A stretch of 64,000 bases of DNA from Felis catus (taxonomy: Eukaryota), in NCBI RefSeq assembly GCF_018350175.1, contig NC_058368.1, positions 106,890,001 through 106,954,000 of the forward strand. The letters are read 5' to 3'. How positions within the stretch are numbered: position 1 is the stretch's first letter; each line of letters starts with the position of its first letter. The position numbers were made by a program, and so were the translations under genes. Of this stretch, positions 10,470 to 23,540 are shown piece by piece. The notes under the pieces were generated by a model. That model was given only the letters and a program-made list of their open reading frames with translations. It was not told where the DNA came from and searched no databases.

Positions 10470-12050
10470 GGGGCCAGGAGCTTACCATTTTTGCATCCTT
10501 CAAATCCTTAATGATAGAAGTAGTGGTGAAATCCCTCCAAGAATGCAATATTGGTTTTATTTCCAATTTCGGTATGTAGAGGCAATTCTAGGGGCTCCGA
10601 TTGCCATTATTATCATAAAAACCCTCATTCAACATGTCATGGAACCAACAAGGTAAGCAGGGCTTCTGCCAGTTTCTGAGTATTTCTTTTCTAAATATGC
10701 TTCCCAGAATTAGGAAAATAACTGTGGTGTGGTTGTAGAGGCTTTGGGATTTTTATGAGAGAGACTTAAGCCAGAACTTGATTAAATTAATCTGATTTCC
10801 ATAAGCTCTTGCTCTGTGGGGCTATAATAGGAACTTAGGGTCGCCAGGAATAGTATCAATTGGCAATAATTATCAAAAAGTCTGATAATTTCCCTTCTCC
10901 AGTACATTGTGCCCATCAGAGAAAACCTGAAGGTAATTTACAGTATAATATTGGACAGTATAGCAGGATCCTTCCTTTTTTAAAATGATCCAGTCTCCTC
11001 TTCACTCAAGGCATTCTCAATGAACCGATTCTTATATGGAAATTGATCAGGGGAGTGCAATTTCCTGATGTGGTTATCCAAATCAGACCTCTTCCCACAA
11101 AGTCTAGAGATTTAGTGCTCACACAAATCAAATAAGACTTTAGTAGAATGCCCATCTATTTCAGTCCTAGGGACTCCATGATCAATTAGCCAAGATCTTT
11201 GCTGGTCAAACCATTCCCTTTACCCCTTTGATTCTGCTACCCTTCATGGTAACCATTCCCATCTGGTTTCTGACAGTGAAATGCAGCCCTTTGGTTCCTG
11301 CCCTTATGGAATTGAATCATCATTAAATTTAAGAGGCCCAGTTCTGTGGCAGCACTTCCCAATGTTATTTAAGGGCTTCAGAAAATAGGCTTTACCAAGT
11401 TCTTTAAGGATTCCAGTACAGCCTTCGCTGATGTGAAGGGAGTTCAAAGCCTTGGTCAAGGGAATGCCCTCTGGAGCCTTTCAGGGGATGAATTCAGCAG
11501 GGAGGTGAGCATCTATCATATTAAAACCATCTCCCTACATGTCTGTATACTTTCCTGTATACTACTACATTATAACAAGGAAGTTTTGACATCTCAATTT
11601 TATTCATTGTGGACCACCAGTGGGTCCAATTTTCAGGCCCTTTGTTGGAGTTACTCCCAATCACATGAAATAACACTTTGAATCCAGAATCTCCACTTAG
11701 TGAACTCATATCAAAAACATGTAGGCTAATAAAACATTATATTCCTTCTGCCCTAATATAAAGCCATTAAGAATTGTCCCTATACATCTACCTTGTGTTT
11801 CAGTTAACATGAATTAGTGAAATCTTGCAATTCCTTTGGCATGTGTAAAACCTCACATGTTATACCCCAGGGTGGTCCCCTTGGATCTTCTAGGACTTGA
11901 CTCTGAATATGAGTTTCGATGGTGGAGCATCAGCAGTACAGGTAAAAAGGTTTTATTTGAAGATAGTCATGGAAGCTTTCTGGTTCCCAACTTAGACCTT
12001 GAACTGTGAATTTAAAACCTAGGTTTATCATTCGCCAGATTTGAATTCAC
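10470..12050 (-). mobile_element. ERVL gag-pro-start of RT remnant
   Basis: Reverse complement has cccctagaattgcctctac, caatattgcattcttggagggatt, aggaaggatcctgctatact and ccagagggcattcccttgaccaaggc, all resembling ERVL internal sequence. Confidence 0.75.
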
Positions 12051-12099
12051 ACAACTGCCGAAGCCCTGGCGAAGTGAAGAAGAGTTGAAGAATCAGAGG

Positions 12100-12476
12100 G
12101 GTCACCAACTAGTCTGAGCTGCCAGGTAAGTATGACTAGGGCGGGGTAATTTGTTAAGAGGTCTTTGGGATGCTGTCTCCTCTGTGAAGCTACCTCCTTT
12201 GTAGGTACACAAACACCTGGTAGTAGATCTGAGTTTCCTGTTGGTCAACAGGACTAACATTTGGAGAGAAGAAATGGACGTGGAGCTCAAGAGAGCAACG
12301 GCTTGGAACCCGCCAAGCACCTGTTTGCAAAAAGCCTTTCAGATTAATGAGTGCTGTTTCCACTTTCCTGTCCATATCTCACTGAAGTTCCTCTTTTGGC
12401 TAGTTCTAACCCAGAACCACACAAATAAAGAGATTCTGGGAAATGTAGTTTGTCTTTTAACTAAAGATGGCTGTGT
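12100..12476 (-). mobile_element. LTR33-like ERVL LTR (5' LTR of the adjacent internal sequence)
   Basis: ctaacccagaaccac...attctgggaaatgtagtt matches the reverse of the recalled LTR33 5' end. Confidence 0.65.
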
Positions 12477-12564
12477 GACTTTAACTTTCTTTCCTTTCCT
12501 TTTTTTTTTTCAGTTTGTATCAGAGACAACTGAAATAAAAATCTATGTTCTTAGCCACTCAAAA

Positions 12565-12775
12565 TAACAATGAACCCTTTTTAAGCACTTCATATACACC
12601 AAGCATTCTGTTCACTACTTTACCTATAAAATCTCACAGCGACCTTGTAAGGTACTTGTGTTATCTTCACATTATAGCTGAGGAATCAGGCTTAGAGAGA
12701 TTCAGTATCCTACCCAGGAACACAACTTAGTTTGATGCCACTCTGACTCCAAATTCTATGCACTCAGTAACCCTG
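12565..12775 (-). mobile_element. MIR
   Basis: Core-like cacattatagctgaggaatcaggcttagagag...cccaggaacacaac. Confidence 0.7.
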
Positions 12776-13439
12776 ATTGCCTCTGTTTACCAATTTTGAG
12801 ACTGTTTTATAATAGACACAAAAGGATTTATAAGCTAGTCACAGGCTTTCTTTGTAATCAAAACTATTCAAGTTATTTCCAAACTCTCCAATAATTTGAC
12901 GAACCACAACTGCTCATCTGGACATTGTACAGGCTTTTCAGCTGGAAATACTTTCAAATATTTCAGTGGGTTATGGGTACAACCTAGAGAGGGAGGGAAG
13001 GAGAAAGGGAGGGAGAAAAGAAGGGAAAACAGGAGAGAGAGAATAAGGAGAAGAAAATAAGATTCATTCACATATAGACAGTTTTGTCTCGTGAACCATA
13101 ATCCTATTTTTACAATTCTCACGGTTCAAAAAAAAAAAAAAAAAAACAACCGTAATTCTGGGTCCAAATCCAAGAGGAAATGATACTTTTATAAAAATTG
13201 GTTACAAAGAAAAAGACCAAAAGATTACCTGCATGCTAAGTGTTGAGAAGCCCCAGATGTGCACATTTCCACCAGATTTCCCTCCAGTAAAACTCTTTAT
13301 ATTTATTTATAACCATTGTCACTCTAGATGGAAGTTCCTAATGACGGTAAAGAAATAAAAACCCTGAGCCAAAATTCGTCCAGTTACTTTTGGGTAAACT
13401 TTTTGAAGAGTTAAAAGGAAAACAATAAAATGGGTATTA

Positions 13440-13575
13440 GGTGATCAAATAAGTTTGGAAAATGCTAGACTTATCAAAGCAGGACTTCTCAGAGCCTTCA
13501 GTGTGAGTCTGTGCATCATAAACTACCAGAAGAGAATATAGAGTATCATAAACATTTTTGGCAACGGAATCCTTT
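13440..13575. mobile_element. hAT-Charlie-type DNA transposon remnant (MER103-like)
   Basis: aaataagtttggaaaatgct...gcaggacttctcagagcctt; recalled similarity only. Confidence 0.45.
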
Positions 13576-15796
13576 TTTTTTAATGAGCTTGGAAAACAGC
13601 ACTAAGCCATTTTTTAAATCAAATGTAATTGGATTATCTATTTCCAACCAGAGGAGAGCCCTTTCTAGTGCTTTTGAAGAGACAAGATCCATCGTTATTT
13701 ATGGAGCAAAGGACTTCATGAGGGTCTTCAGGACATGACTCATGGGGAAGGAAGCATCCGAAAGGGCTGCTCTTTGGTAATGTATCATCTAGTATGAGGC
13801 TCATAAAAGAAAAGCATGAAATACATCATCAGACCAAAGATAGTAAGATGAGACTTCAAACAAATCACTCCAAGATTGCAAAGGAGGGAACAATCGTACC
13901 TCCTTGGCAAAATACATAAAGGTTTTGTGAAAGGCGAGTTATCAGCAGTAGCCCGTGAAGGATGATTTGGAGGTGGTCAACAGCCAGTTGGGAAGAAATG
14001 TCTCCAGGCAGAAGGACTGGCATTACCACAGGCACAAGTTGGGGTGGGGTGGAGTGGAAGTGGGGGGCAGGGCTGGGGAGGGGATGGCCAGTAACAAGCT
14101 TGATTTTCTGATCGTTAGTCTTGTAGGTTACCTACAGTGAGAAATAAGAACTGATAGTTTGGGGGTGGGGGTGGACAAAGAATGAGAAAAGAGGGAGAGT
14201 CTAAAACTCAACTTGTAAACAGGAGGAGACAGTATACAAGCCTCTGGGCATCTAGAGCATGGCGGAGGGATCTAAGGGAAGGATGCCTAAGGAAAACTGA
14301 AGGCTCATTTCACCTACCTCATACTTTGGCCAAAGAAAAGGCCTAATCAAATATATTTGGACCTAGATTCTCTGTCTCTACTTGCCAATATAAAGAGCCA
14401 AAGAGAAGTAAGGTTCTTCTTGAAGACGTGTGTTATTCCCTGAAGAATCTTTTAGGAAAAGCAAACAGCCTGAGAAATATTTATTCATTAGATGTATTCT
14501 GGCAGCAGCCAGGAAAATCCAGAATGTACCAAGCACACGCACATGCACATAATACACTTGATTCTTGAAACACTTGTGATTTAACTGTTTTGTTATTAAC
14601 TGTCATTAGGAAGTAGCTCTTACTTTCTCCAGTAAATATATTGTTAAAACTACCTAAGTTTATTTCGAATATTGCAAGACAGTGGAAGAGTCTGGGCTCA
14701 GAACATTCTTACAGAAAATGTTGATGGTTCAAACCAGTTTTACAGCTATAAGTAGGACAGGATTTTTTAAACTCCCTCATGTTTATTGCTATAAAGAAGG
14801 TAAGTACTCTCTAGTGTCTTGCTCAATTTGAGAACATCCTGGCTGCTGGTTCTTATAAGCTATATGGCACTCTTCTGAAATCTGGTGCTGATACATTCCA
14901 CATGTGACCCCATTTACCCCTGGAGGAGAAACCTTCCTGCTGAATCAGATGGGTTTACAGAGGTGCACACATAACAAACAACCTATGTCTTTTTAAAACT
15001 GCTGATGCATCTATCCTTTGCCTTCTCACGGTGGGAAAGTATTCCTCTTACTCTAGATGGAAATCCATGCTTTGCCAATGAGAAGGATGGGTTGCCTGAG
15101 GCAGAATGACTTGAAATGTGAGAGCTTATGTCCATTAAAGTCATCATTACTTCCTGGCTTAATACAGGGTCTTCAGCCTCACTCCCACCTTGGCTCCCTG
15201 AACGGCAGATGGGTTCACTTAGGACAGCACATCATCCAAACCCAGCAGCCATGTTCCCCTTTGGTTCCCAATGTGCTGTGTGAACCCCAAAGCACACCGA
15301 AGGAGTTTATACAGCCAGGAACAGAGTCAAGGGGACCTTGGATAGCATATGGGTCAGGGTAGTAGATTGGGGTGCTGAATTCCTGTAGCAAACTATAACA
15401 GCAAAGTTCTTGCCATTTCTCAGTTCGGACCAAAGCTGACAACCTAAAAGTGGTCAGGTTTCATGTGAGCTTGAGACTCTGGGAGTCAAAACAGGAGGAG
15501 AAACAAGATCCTGCATATCATATGGGAGACTGCATCGGCGGGGCCAAATCAGCTGTGTTAGCTCGGCAATGTTCAGAGAGAAAAATTAAGAAATCTCTTC
15601 CTTACAGGTGATATCTCATGTGCTCCAGTTATGGACTGTGACACTGAAATTCTGGCAGCCTTTATCCAAAGACTAGTTCCTCTTAAACCATTATGCCTGA
15701 CCCTGTATGGAGAGACATTAAGCACTATATATCTAATTTTGGCATTTTGTGTGATTTAACGAGTACAACCCCATCTGTCCCTTTTAAGCCTCCTAA

Positions 15797-15832
<36 letters not shown>

Positions 15833-15880
15833 ATGCGTGTGTGTGTGTGTGTGTGTGCGTGTGTTGGCGTGCTGTGTGTG
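15797..15880. repeat. Compound (TG)n microsatellite upstream of MINAR2
   Basis: Unbroken purine-pyrimidine alternation 15797-15864 with a degenerate extension. Confidence 0.95.
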
Positions 15881-16066
15881 AAAGGCAAGGCAGGGCGCTG
15901 CGTTGTCTATGTGCATCAGCATATCATTTCGAGAACAGCTCCCCCGTGTAGCTGAGAGACCTGGTTTCAGATGCCAACCGGAGCATCCTCAGGCTCATTA
16001 ATAATGGACGAGCCTGACAGAAGCAGCCTCACTTACCTTTGTTTTCCACCGTAGACGAGGGGAGAC

Positions 16067-16231
16067 ATGGATCTCTCTGTTTTGCCAAATAACAACCATC
16101 CTGACAAATTCCTGCGGCTCGATGTGAAGTCTTTCATGAGGAACTCAGCTCTTCTTCAGGCCAGCCTGGTGAGGTTTCCAGGTGGGAATCACCCTGCCGC
16201 CCAGCACTGGCAAAACCTCGTGTACTCACAG
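16067..16231 (+). CDS. MINAR2: MINAR2 (KIAA1024L) coding exon 1
   Basis: gacATGG Kozak context; MDLSVLPNNNHPDKFLRLDVKSFMRNSALLQASLVRFPGGNHPAAQHWQNLVYSQ (55 codons); donor CAG|GTAAAG at 16232, phase 0. Confidence 0.95.
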
Positions 16232-17815
16232 GTAAAGTCCAGGACAGCATAAAGCCCCCAGGCGAGGATGAGTTCTTTCTCACTACCTATTATTTCCTTA
16301 TTAGTGCAGGGAGGGTGGGGGGAAGGCTGTAGGGAACACGGTACAAGGTGGCTGCCCTTGCAATATAAAAAAGGTCTTTCTCTCTTCCTTAACGTAAGGA
16401 AACTCTCTGATCACTTTATAAAATATGTGAATTCCTGCAAACATTCATTTCCCGCCAAGCACTAGCTTTGCAGCCCGTCCTCATTTTATTGCCTAGTTTT
16501 CATTTTACTCCTTTCCTTCAGAATTTTTCAAACCACTTGTTACTTTTGCAAATAAGACTCTGGGGGGAAAATCTACCTCTCTCTTCTGGTGCATTCTAAG
16601 CCCAAAGCAGCAGCAGCAGCTTAAAAAGGGACTCAAACACAGCCTCTGAGACCACTGGGGAACTTGCTCTTGCCTTATTTAGGCTGGCTCCCTTTCATTT
16701 CTTGCAGAGAAGAGTCAGCATAACAATGGAAACCCAATGATTGAAGGAAAACAAAATAGAGGGAACTCTTCCCTTTTATTTTAGATACTCTTATTTTCTG
16801 CAGGTATCCATGTGGACAAGACATAACAATCAGACCTTCAAACCCAGTGCACACTTTATTTTTTCGCTTTCTTCTTTTGCACCTTCCTTCTTTTTGCTGA
16901 CCAAAGGAGAGGAATAAAACTGTGATGAGTTCCATGTGCTGGAATAAACATAAAGGCCCTGACTGTTGGAAGGCTCAAGAAACAGGAATAATCTTTGTTT
17001 TAAGACGTGAGGGCTAATGGGGTTAAGGGTTAGTCAATTTAGAAACAGGAAGAAGCATTTCATTTCAGAACAGATGTGACTGACCTACAAACCCCTGCAA
17101 GTCATTAAGTCCTTTGGAGTGGTTCAAATTCCCTGAACAGAAATTTGTTTTCTTTTAAGAAACAGTTGCTACTCATGAGTCCTGGTGTAAAGTGACTCCT
17201 TTGTGGTGTGTTTGTGGGCTCCTCGGGACCTTTATCATGAGATCATTCAAAATCAAGTACACTCAAATGATTATGTAAGTGTTTCCTCCACCTATAAGGG
17301 TTTTAATTTATTTCCATCATAAGGCAGCCTGTTATGACAACTGACTTTTTAAAAAATTTTGCATCCTTCCCTTTTGGAATCCTCAAAACTCTTCCCCCCA
17401 CCCATACACACCTTTTTGGTTATTGTTTTCGTGTTTTAAGTTAAACACAATAAATTCCTCCTCATTGTTTATGCCACGGAATAAAATGACTCAAAAATCA
17501 GTTCAGAAAACCTTGGCCCTCCTATGCTATGAAGTTTAGTAGAAGAAAACATATCCAATAAATTCCTTTGAGGTTGGAACGTATCAATCTAACATCTTTT
17601 GTTTGGTACTAGAGTTGACCTATTTCCTTCACGGGAATCTTCACAGTTTAAAGCTCTGTTGAATGTTGTTCCTAAACCTGAATGAAATGCATCCAATTTT
17701 TAAGGGGCATCTTTTTCAATAGGTAGGCCCTGATGAGTTGAAGCGGTTATTTAACAAAAAAACAAGGAGGTAAAAATCTGCTATGAATGTCTTTAGATAT
17801 GTTATTGGTAATTTT

Positions 17816-18030
17816 TTTAATTGTTTCTTTAAGTTTATTTATTTATTCTTGAGAGAGAGACAGAGAGAGTGAGCAGGGGAGGAGCAGAGAGAGAGGAAGA
17901 GAGAGGAAAGCAGGCTCTGCACTGTCAGCGTGGAGCCTGATGTGGGGCTCGAACTCACAAACTGTGAGATCATGACCGGAGCAGAAACCAAGAGGCAGAC
18001 ACCTAACCAACAGAGCCACCAAGGCACCCC
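17816..18030 (-). mobile_element. Can-SINE
   Basis: TSD tgttattggtaatttt at 17800-17815 and 18031-18046. Confidence 0.93.
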
Positions 18031-18889
18031 TGTTATTGGTAATTTTAAACTGCACATGAACTCGATTTAATTATCCTTTTATCCTAAAATAACGTTAAAA
18101 TGACAGAATAAAGGCTAATTTACTATTGAAATAATGGGGTGAGGGGAAATAAATCTTACAAATTCAGTTAGCTGGGTAGCCATGACACAAATTAGGACTA
18201 ACAATTATTTGTATTTACTACTTTAATTTGCAATATGTGAATAAATAGTTCTTCTCTCATTAGCTGTATTTTAAAAAATCCAGGAGTGATATATTTGTGG
18301 GATAAAATAAATACCTAAAATAAAGGACTTACTAAAGTTTTAAGTAGCTGTAGAGATACCTGGAAGAAGGCACAAAGTGTATCAGGTGCATTTGAGGCAT
18401 TAAGGGTGCATAAGGTGGCCCTGTCAGAAGTTCTTAATTAAAAACCCTCAGTCTGCTGGGGAAGCATTAAACCAACAGGAAGAGCATCGAATAAAGAGGG
18501 TGGAAACCTGGTTTCTTGTCTCACATCCACAGTAAGCCACTTTAAGAGACATCTATTGTGGCTCTTACTTGGTTCATGCCTCAATATTTTCACTTGAAAA
18601 GCTAGAATAATATTAATTTTACATATTTGTTTTAAAATGAGAACAAGTAAAATAACATGAGGTAAAACAATTGAGAGGAAATATTTCCCATAAAAGTTTA
18701 AGAAATGTGTGTTGTTACTGTTTTTGTTGTTGTTGTTGTTGTTAGACAGCAGTCTGTTGTGTGTGTTGAAATTATCCTTTCATTAGACATTGCAAAACAG
18801 TAGATAATACTACTTGCATTTTTTTATTTATAGTGCGGATGGAGGGGTGTATGTGCGTGTGTGTAGATGGTTGTGTTAGGGAATATAGT

Positions 18890-18951
18890 CAATACATCTG
18901 TGAATCCATAACTCAAGCATCCACAATACATCTGTGAATCCATAACTCAAG
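18890..18951. repeat. Exact 28-bp direct duplication with a 6-bp spacer
   Basis: caatacatctgtgaatccataactcaag at 18890-18917 and 18924-18951. Confidence 0.95.
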
Positions 18952-21789
18952 ATTTTTTACTCACACGAAATCTACACAGACTTCAGAGTTGTGTCAGCTT
19001 ACTGCTGGGTCTCACACCACCCAGGTGCATGGTGTTTGGGATTCAGACTACATCACAAAATGTCAACGGACTTAACCTAGCAACAATTGCCTTCAAAATT
19101 AGTGGTAATTCAGCAGTTAAAACACAGATCTCATAATCCCGAATGTGAAGTTGAATTCGTAACCATATGCAGCATATTCTTATCCATCTCAAATCTTTTC
19201 TATAAAAATTCACATAACATTTTCAGGGGAAATTCTTTAAGCCATAATTACACATGAAAGCAATTGTGGGCATATAGAAAAGCAAGCACTCGTTGTCACG
19301 CATGCCTATAGTCCAGGACGCTGTGAATTCCATGCCAGGCAAATACACAGGTCATCCATGTTTGCAGGGAGAGAGTATGAGCATATATTTCTTGATTCAA
19401 CTATATTTACTCCTTAAATTCTTTCAGTAGAGAAGCAAAGAAGCTTCACAATAAATTTCATCTCAGTGCAATGAACAAATTTTCGCCAAAATCTAATGTT
19501 TCTGGTTGTTAAAATAATTTGGGGCATGTATCTGATGAAGGCATGTGGAATTGTATTCTAAATATTTCTGCCAATCGCTTTATAGAACGAGGTAATGAAA
19601 GGAAAAGGGTGATTTTTTTTTTTAGTTTAAATGATAAAATATGTTTGGTTTCAGATAATGTAGTGCCCCCCTTTTTTTGATTAGGAGTCAGACTTCAGAG
19701 TCATTTCAGACTAATCTCTTTGTTTTATCTTTTCCTGGCTTCCATCACATCTTTTTCAGAACCCAAGAGCATTCCATGCTAAACTTGTGAGCTGGAGCAA
19801 AAGACCAAGGATACGAGGTTGCTCTTCCCTTGATTTCTAGGCAGTGTCATTTCCTGGGTTTATTTCCTAGTCATTTTCCCCGCTTTTTGTTACAGTCTTA
19901 AGAGCTATCTTTTCCCCTATCTTCTAATGTCTCTTCTATCTCAGTTTTTTGTTTTGTTTTGTTTTGCTTGTTTGCATACTATAATTGTACTTCTTAACGA
20001 TCTGTCTCTGGACAGGTCCCTGAACTCTGTTTTGCCTTCTCTAAAAATGTCTCTATTCCTAATCCTCCAATTAGCGTTCTGAAAAGAATGCCCTGCATAT
20101 GCATTAGACTCCCATTTTTAAGCATATATTTGGGGAAGAGCCTTTGAGGCTCTTAAATTATTATCTAGGAAGTAGATTGACGGGCACCGCTCAGTTGTTC
20201 AGGGATTTACTTGCAAATATCAGAACATGATTTATCAAGTTATGCTAAATTTATGCAGCTCACAAAATCTCCAGTGGGGTCTGGAATTTAGCCTTGGATG
20301 GTGTGCTGCCAGAAACAACACCTAAGCTGTCTCATCATACTGCTCTCAGATCAGACCCAAATGCCTCTTGCACTAAAGCTTTTATTAAGGACGCCCTGAG
20401 TATTACAATAGCATGTGTGGGAGGTTGGGTGGAGGAGAAGGCAGGAAACAAGTTTCAAGAAAGGCCTGTGTCAGACAACAAAGGTTTGGTAATTGTTGTC
20501 TGAGATTTTAAATTTTATCCTGAAAATTTTGAGGGGTTGGTGAAAACTTATTCTAGCAATTTGGGAAACAGAATTACTGGGGTCACTGGGGAGCTGATTT
20601 TGTTTGTATACCCACAAGTAATAGATAAAAAAAATGCCTTGTTTGCAAGGCATTTATGATTATGAAAGGGACTTCGTTGTATGTACAGATTAAATTGGGG
20701 AAAAATGGAAATCTTTATAATCTTGATTCTCCTAATCCATAAACATGGTATATCTTTTTATTTATTCAGTTCTTCATATGGCCCTTCAATGATATCTTAT
20801 AATTCTCCACATAGAAGTTTTCATAAAGTTTGTTAGGTGTATATCTAAATATTTATAGCACCATTGCTTTTAGACTAGAACCTTTTAAATCATGTTTCAT
20901 AATAAAGTGTTACTCATGCATGCCATTGATTTTTATAGATTATGTAATTGTTATATATTAATCTTAAATCCAGGAATAGTGTTAAATCTCTTTTATTTTG
21001 ACTGTAAACATCCCTACAGCTAATCATGCTATATGCTATTTTGTTTTATTTAAAACCCTATTCCTTTTATTTATTTTTCTGTTCTTCTTGTATTGCTTAG
21101 GGCTTCCACTGAAATAATATGTGAATGTTTGTGATTACTGACATCCTCATATTAATTCTGAAACTAAAACAAATGTTTCTAATATTGCAGCCATTTGGTA
21201 AACTATGCCCTGGAAGTTTTATGTAGATTCTCTTAATTAATTTTTAAAGATCCCCTACTATTCCCAGGTGGTTAGGAAAGTTTGCTTTAAAGACATTTGA
21301 ATGTTTTCAAAATCTTTTTCAGAATCTGTTGTAAAATTCTGCATTTTTTTTCCTGTTAATGTGATGAGTTACATTCATCTTCTAATTTTAAATCACCCTC
21401 CAGGTAAAAATTATTTCCTGATATAAATCTTATTCTGGTATGTATAATTTATATGTATTGTAGGATGCTTTTTAGCAATAGCTTATTCATGGCTTTTGCA
21501 TTGTGCTTATAAGAGAAATTGTCCTATAATTAAATTACCTTTTCTTTTACTTACTGCCTTTGTCTGGAGTTTATACCAAGCTTTCATAAAGTGAATTGGG
21601 AGTATTCCTTGTTTTCTTATTTTCTGGAAGTGTTTGACAAAATATAAATGATCTGTTTCAGGGATATCCAGTAGAATTTGACTGCAATATTCTCTTGGCC
21701 TGATAATTTTCAGTTCGGGGTAGATGTTAAGTTATTGATTCAATTAATCAAATTATCACAGGTTTATTATCATTTTCTATTTTTTCTTT

Positions 21790-22010
21790 GCTTAAAATTT
21801 TTTCAAGGTTTATTTATTTTTGAAAGACAGAGAAAGAGACAGAGTGCAAGCGGGGTAGGGACAGAGAGAGAGGGAGACACAGAATCCAAAGCAGGCTCCA
21901 GGCTCTGGGCTGTCAGCACAGAGTCCAACACGGGGTTCAAACTCATGAACCATGAGATCATGCCATGAGCTTAAGTCAGATGCTTAACAGACTGAGCCAC
22001 CCAAGCCCCC
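21790..22010 (-). mobile_element. Can-SINE
   Basis: Reverse SINE with a ctattttttt TSD-like flank. Confidence 0.92.
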
Positions 22011-23021
22011 CTATTTTTTTTCTTAATTAAGTTTGATAAGTTATATTATGATGGAAACTGCCCAGTTGCATATAAAGTTTTTAAGTTGCTCATATTATTC
22101 TCCTATTACATTTATTAATCTCTGCTACATCTCTTTCATTGTTTCTTTTACATTTCTAACACTGGATTTGTGTCTTTTTATTTTTCCTGAGCTGTATTGC
22201 CAGAGATATTTTAATCTGTTTAGCCTCTCCAAAGAAATAGTTTTCAACATTGTTCATCTTCTCTAATATATTTGTTTTCTAATTTGTAATATTTACTGAT
22301 TTCTACTATGTTTTTTATTTGTTTAAATTGCAGTTAACATACAATGTAATATATCTACTTCTATCTTTATTGTTTCTTATTACCTCATTTTCTCATTCTG
22401 CCTTTATAATGCAAGAAAATATTTTTGTAATACTCCCTCAAAATACCATTTCAACTCCACCCAACAATTTTACAAATGTAGCATTTTCCATTTTAATTCT
22501 ATTCTAAATTTTTAATTTCCATTATTTCTTTGAAGTGTGTGTTTTAGTTTTCTACAAAACGTGGTACGTTAACTTTTTGATATAAATATACAAATTTCTA
22601 ACTAAGTTGACTTTGTTCAAACAGCACAATCCATATAATACTGAGTCTTTGAAATTTGTTTTAAAGTCTAGTACATTATCAACTTTTGTAAATATCCAGT
22701 GTATATTTTAAAATTAATGTATTCAGTTGTTCAATGAAGATGTCAGTATATGTGACTTGATCAAACTCGGTTTTATTGCTCAAATCCTTTATCTTTAGTA
22801 ATTGTTTTGTCTGCTTGATAAAAATTCTCTGCATAAATTTCTCCTTGTAATTATGTCAAGTTTTGCTTTATAAACTTTGATACTATTTTATTAGATACAT
22901 ACAAGTTTAGAATTGTTATATTTTACTGATAATATCTGTCTTTATTCACTTTCTAGCAATTCTCTGTAACTAACAAAGTCTTTTATTTTAATACCTATTT
23001 TGTCTGCTAAATATATATTTT

Positions 23022-23332
23022 CTTAGTGGTTAGTCAGGCTAAGTTATGTTATGGAAACAAATTTTAGTGAGTTAACACAATAAAATGTATCTCTCACTTC
23101 ATCCGATGTGGGTGATGTAGATGTCCTAAAGGCCTGGCTTCCAAGTGGAATCCAGACTGTTCCTTGTAGAGGGTTTACTATATCAGAATCTCCATAGGTC
23201 TGAACATTGGAAAGAGAGTAACCCAGGAATCTTTCAAGGGATTTTAGTGGTCAACCATGTGTTGTTATTCATATGTCCTTGCCGTTGTATGCCCTTAAGA
23301 AGAAATGGATTTGCTAGTTAGGCTTTGCCACA
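23022..23332 (-). mobile_element. Old MaLR LTR (MLT1-like)
   Basis: ttagtcaggctaagttatg...ttaacacaataaaatgtat...ctttgccaca termini. Confidence 0.55.
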
Positions 23333-23360
23333 GTTTATCATTCTGTCAAATATATTTACA

Positions 23361-23362
<2 letters not shown>

Positions 23363-23404
<42 letters not shown>

Positions 23405-23540
23405 TGTGTGTGTATATATACAGTATATATATATATATAGTGCATATACATATATAAATACACTTATATGTTAAACATATTTACATAACATATATTGTAT
23501 ATGTACACAATATATAAATAACACACATATATATATAAAC
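23363..23540. repeat. (TA)n/(TG)n low-complexity tract
   Basis: Long TA runs with degenerate flanks. Confidence 0.9.
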
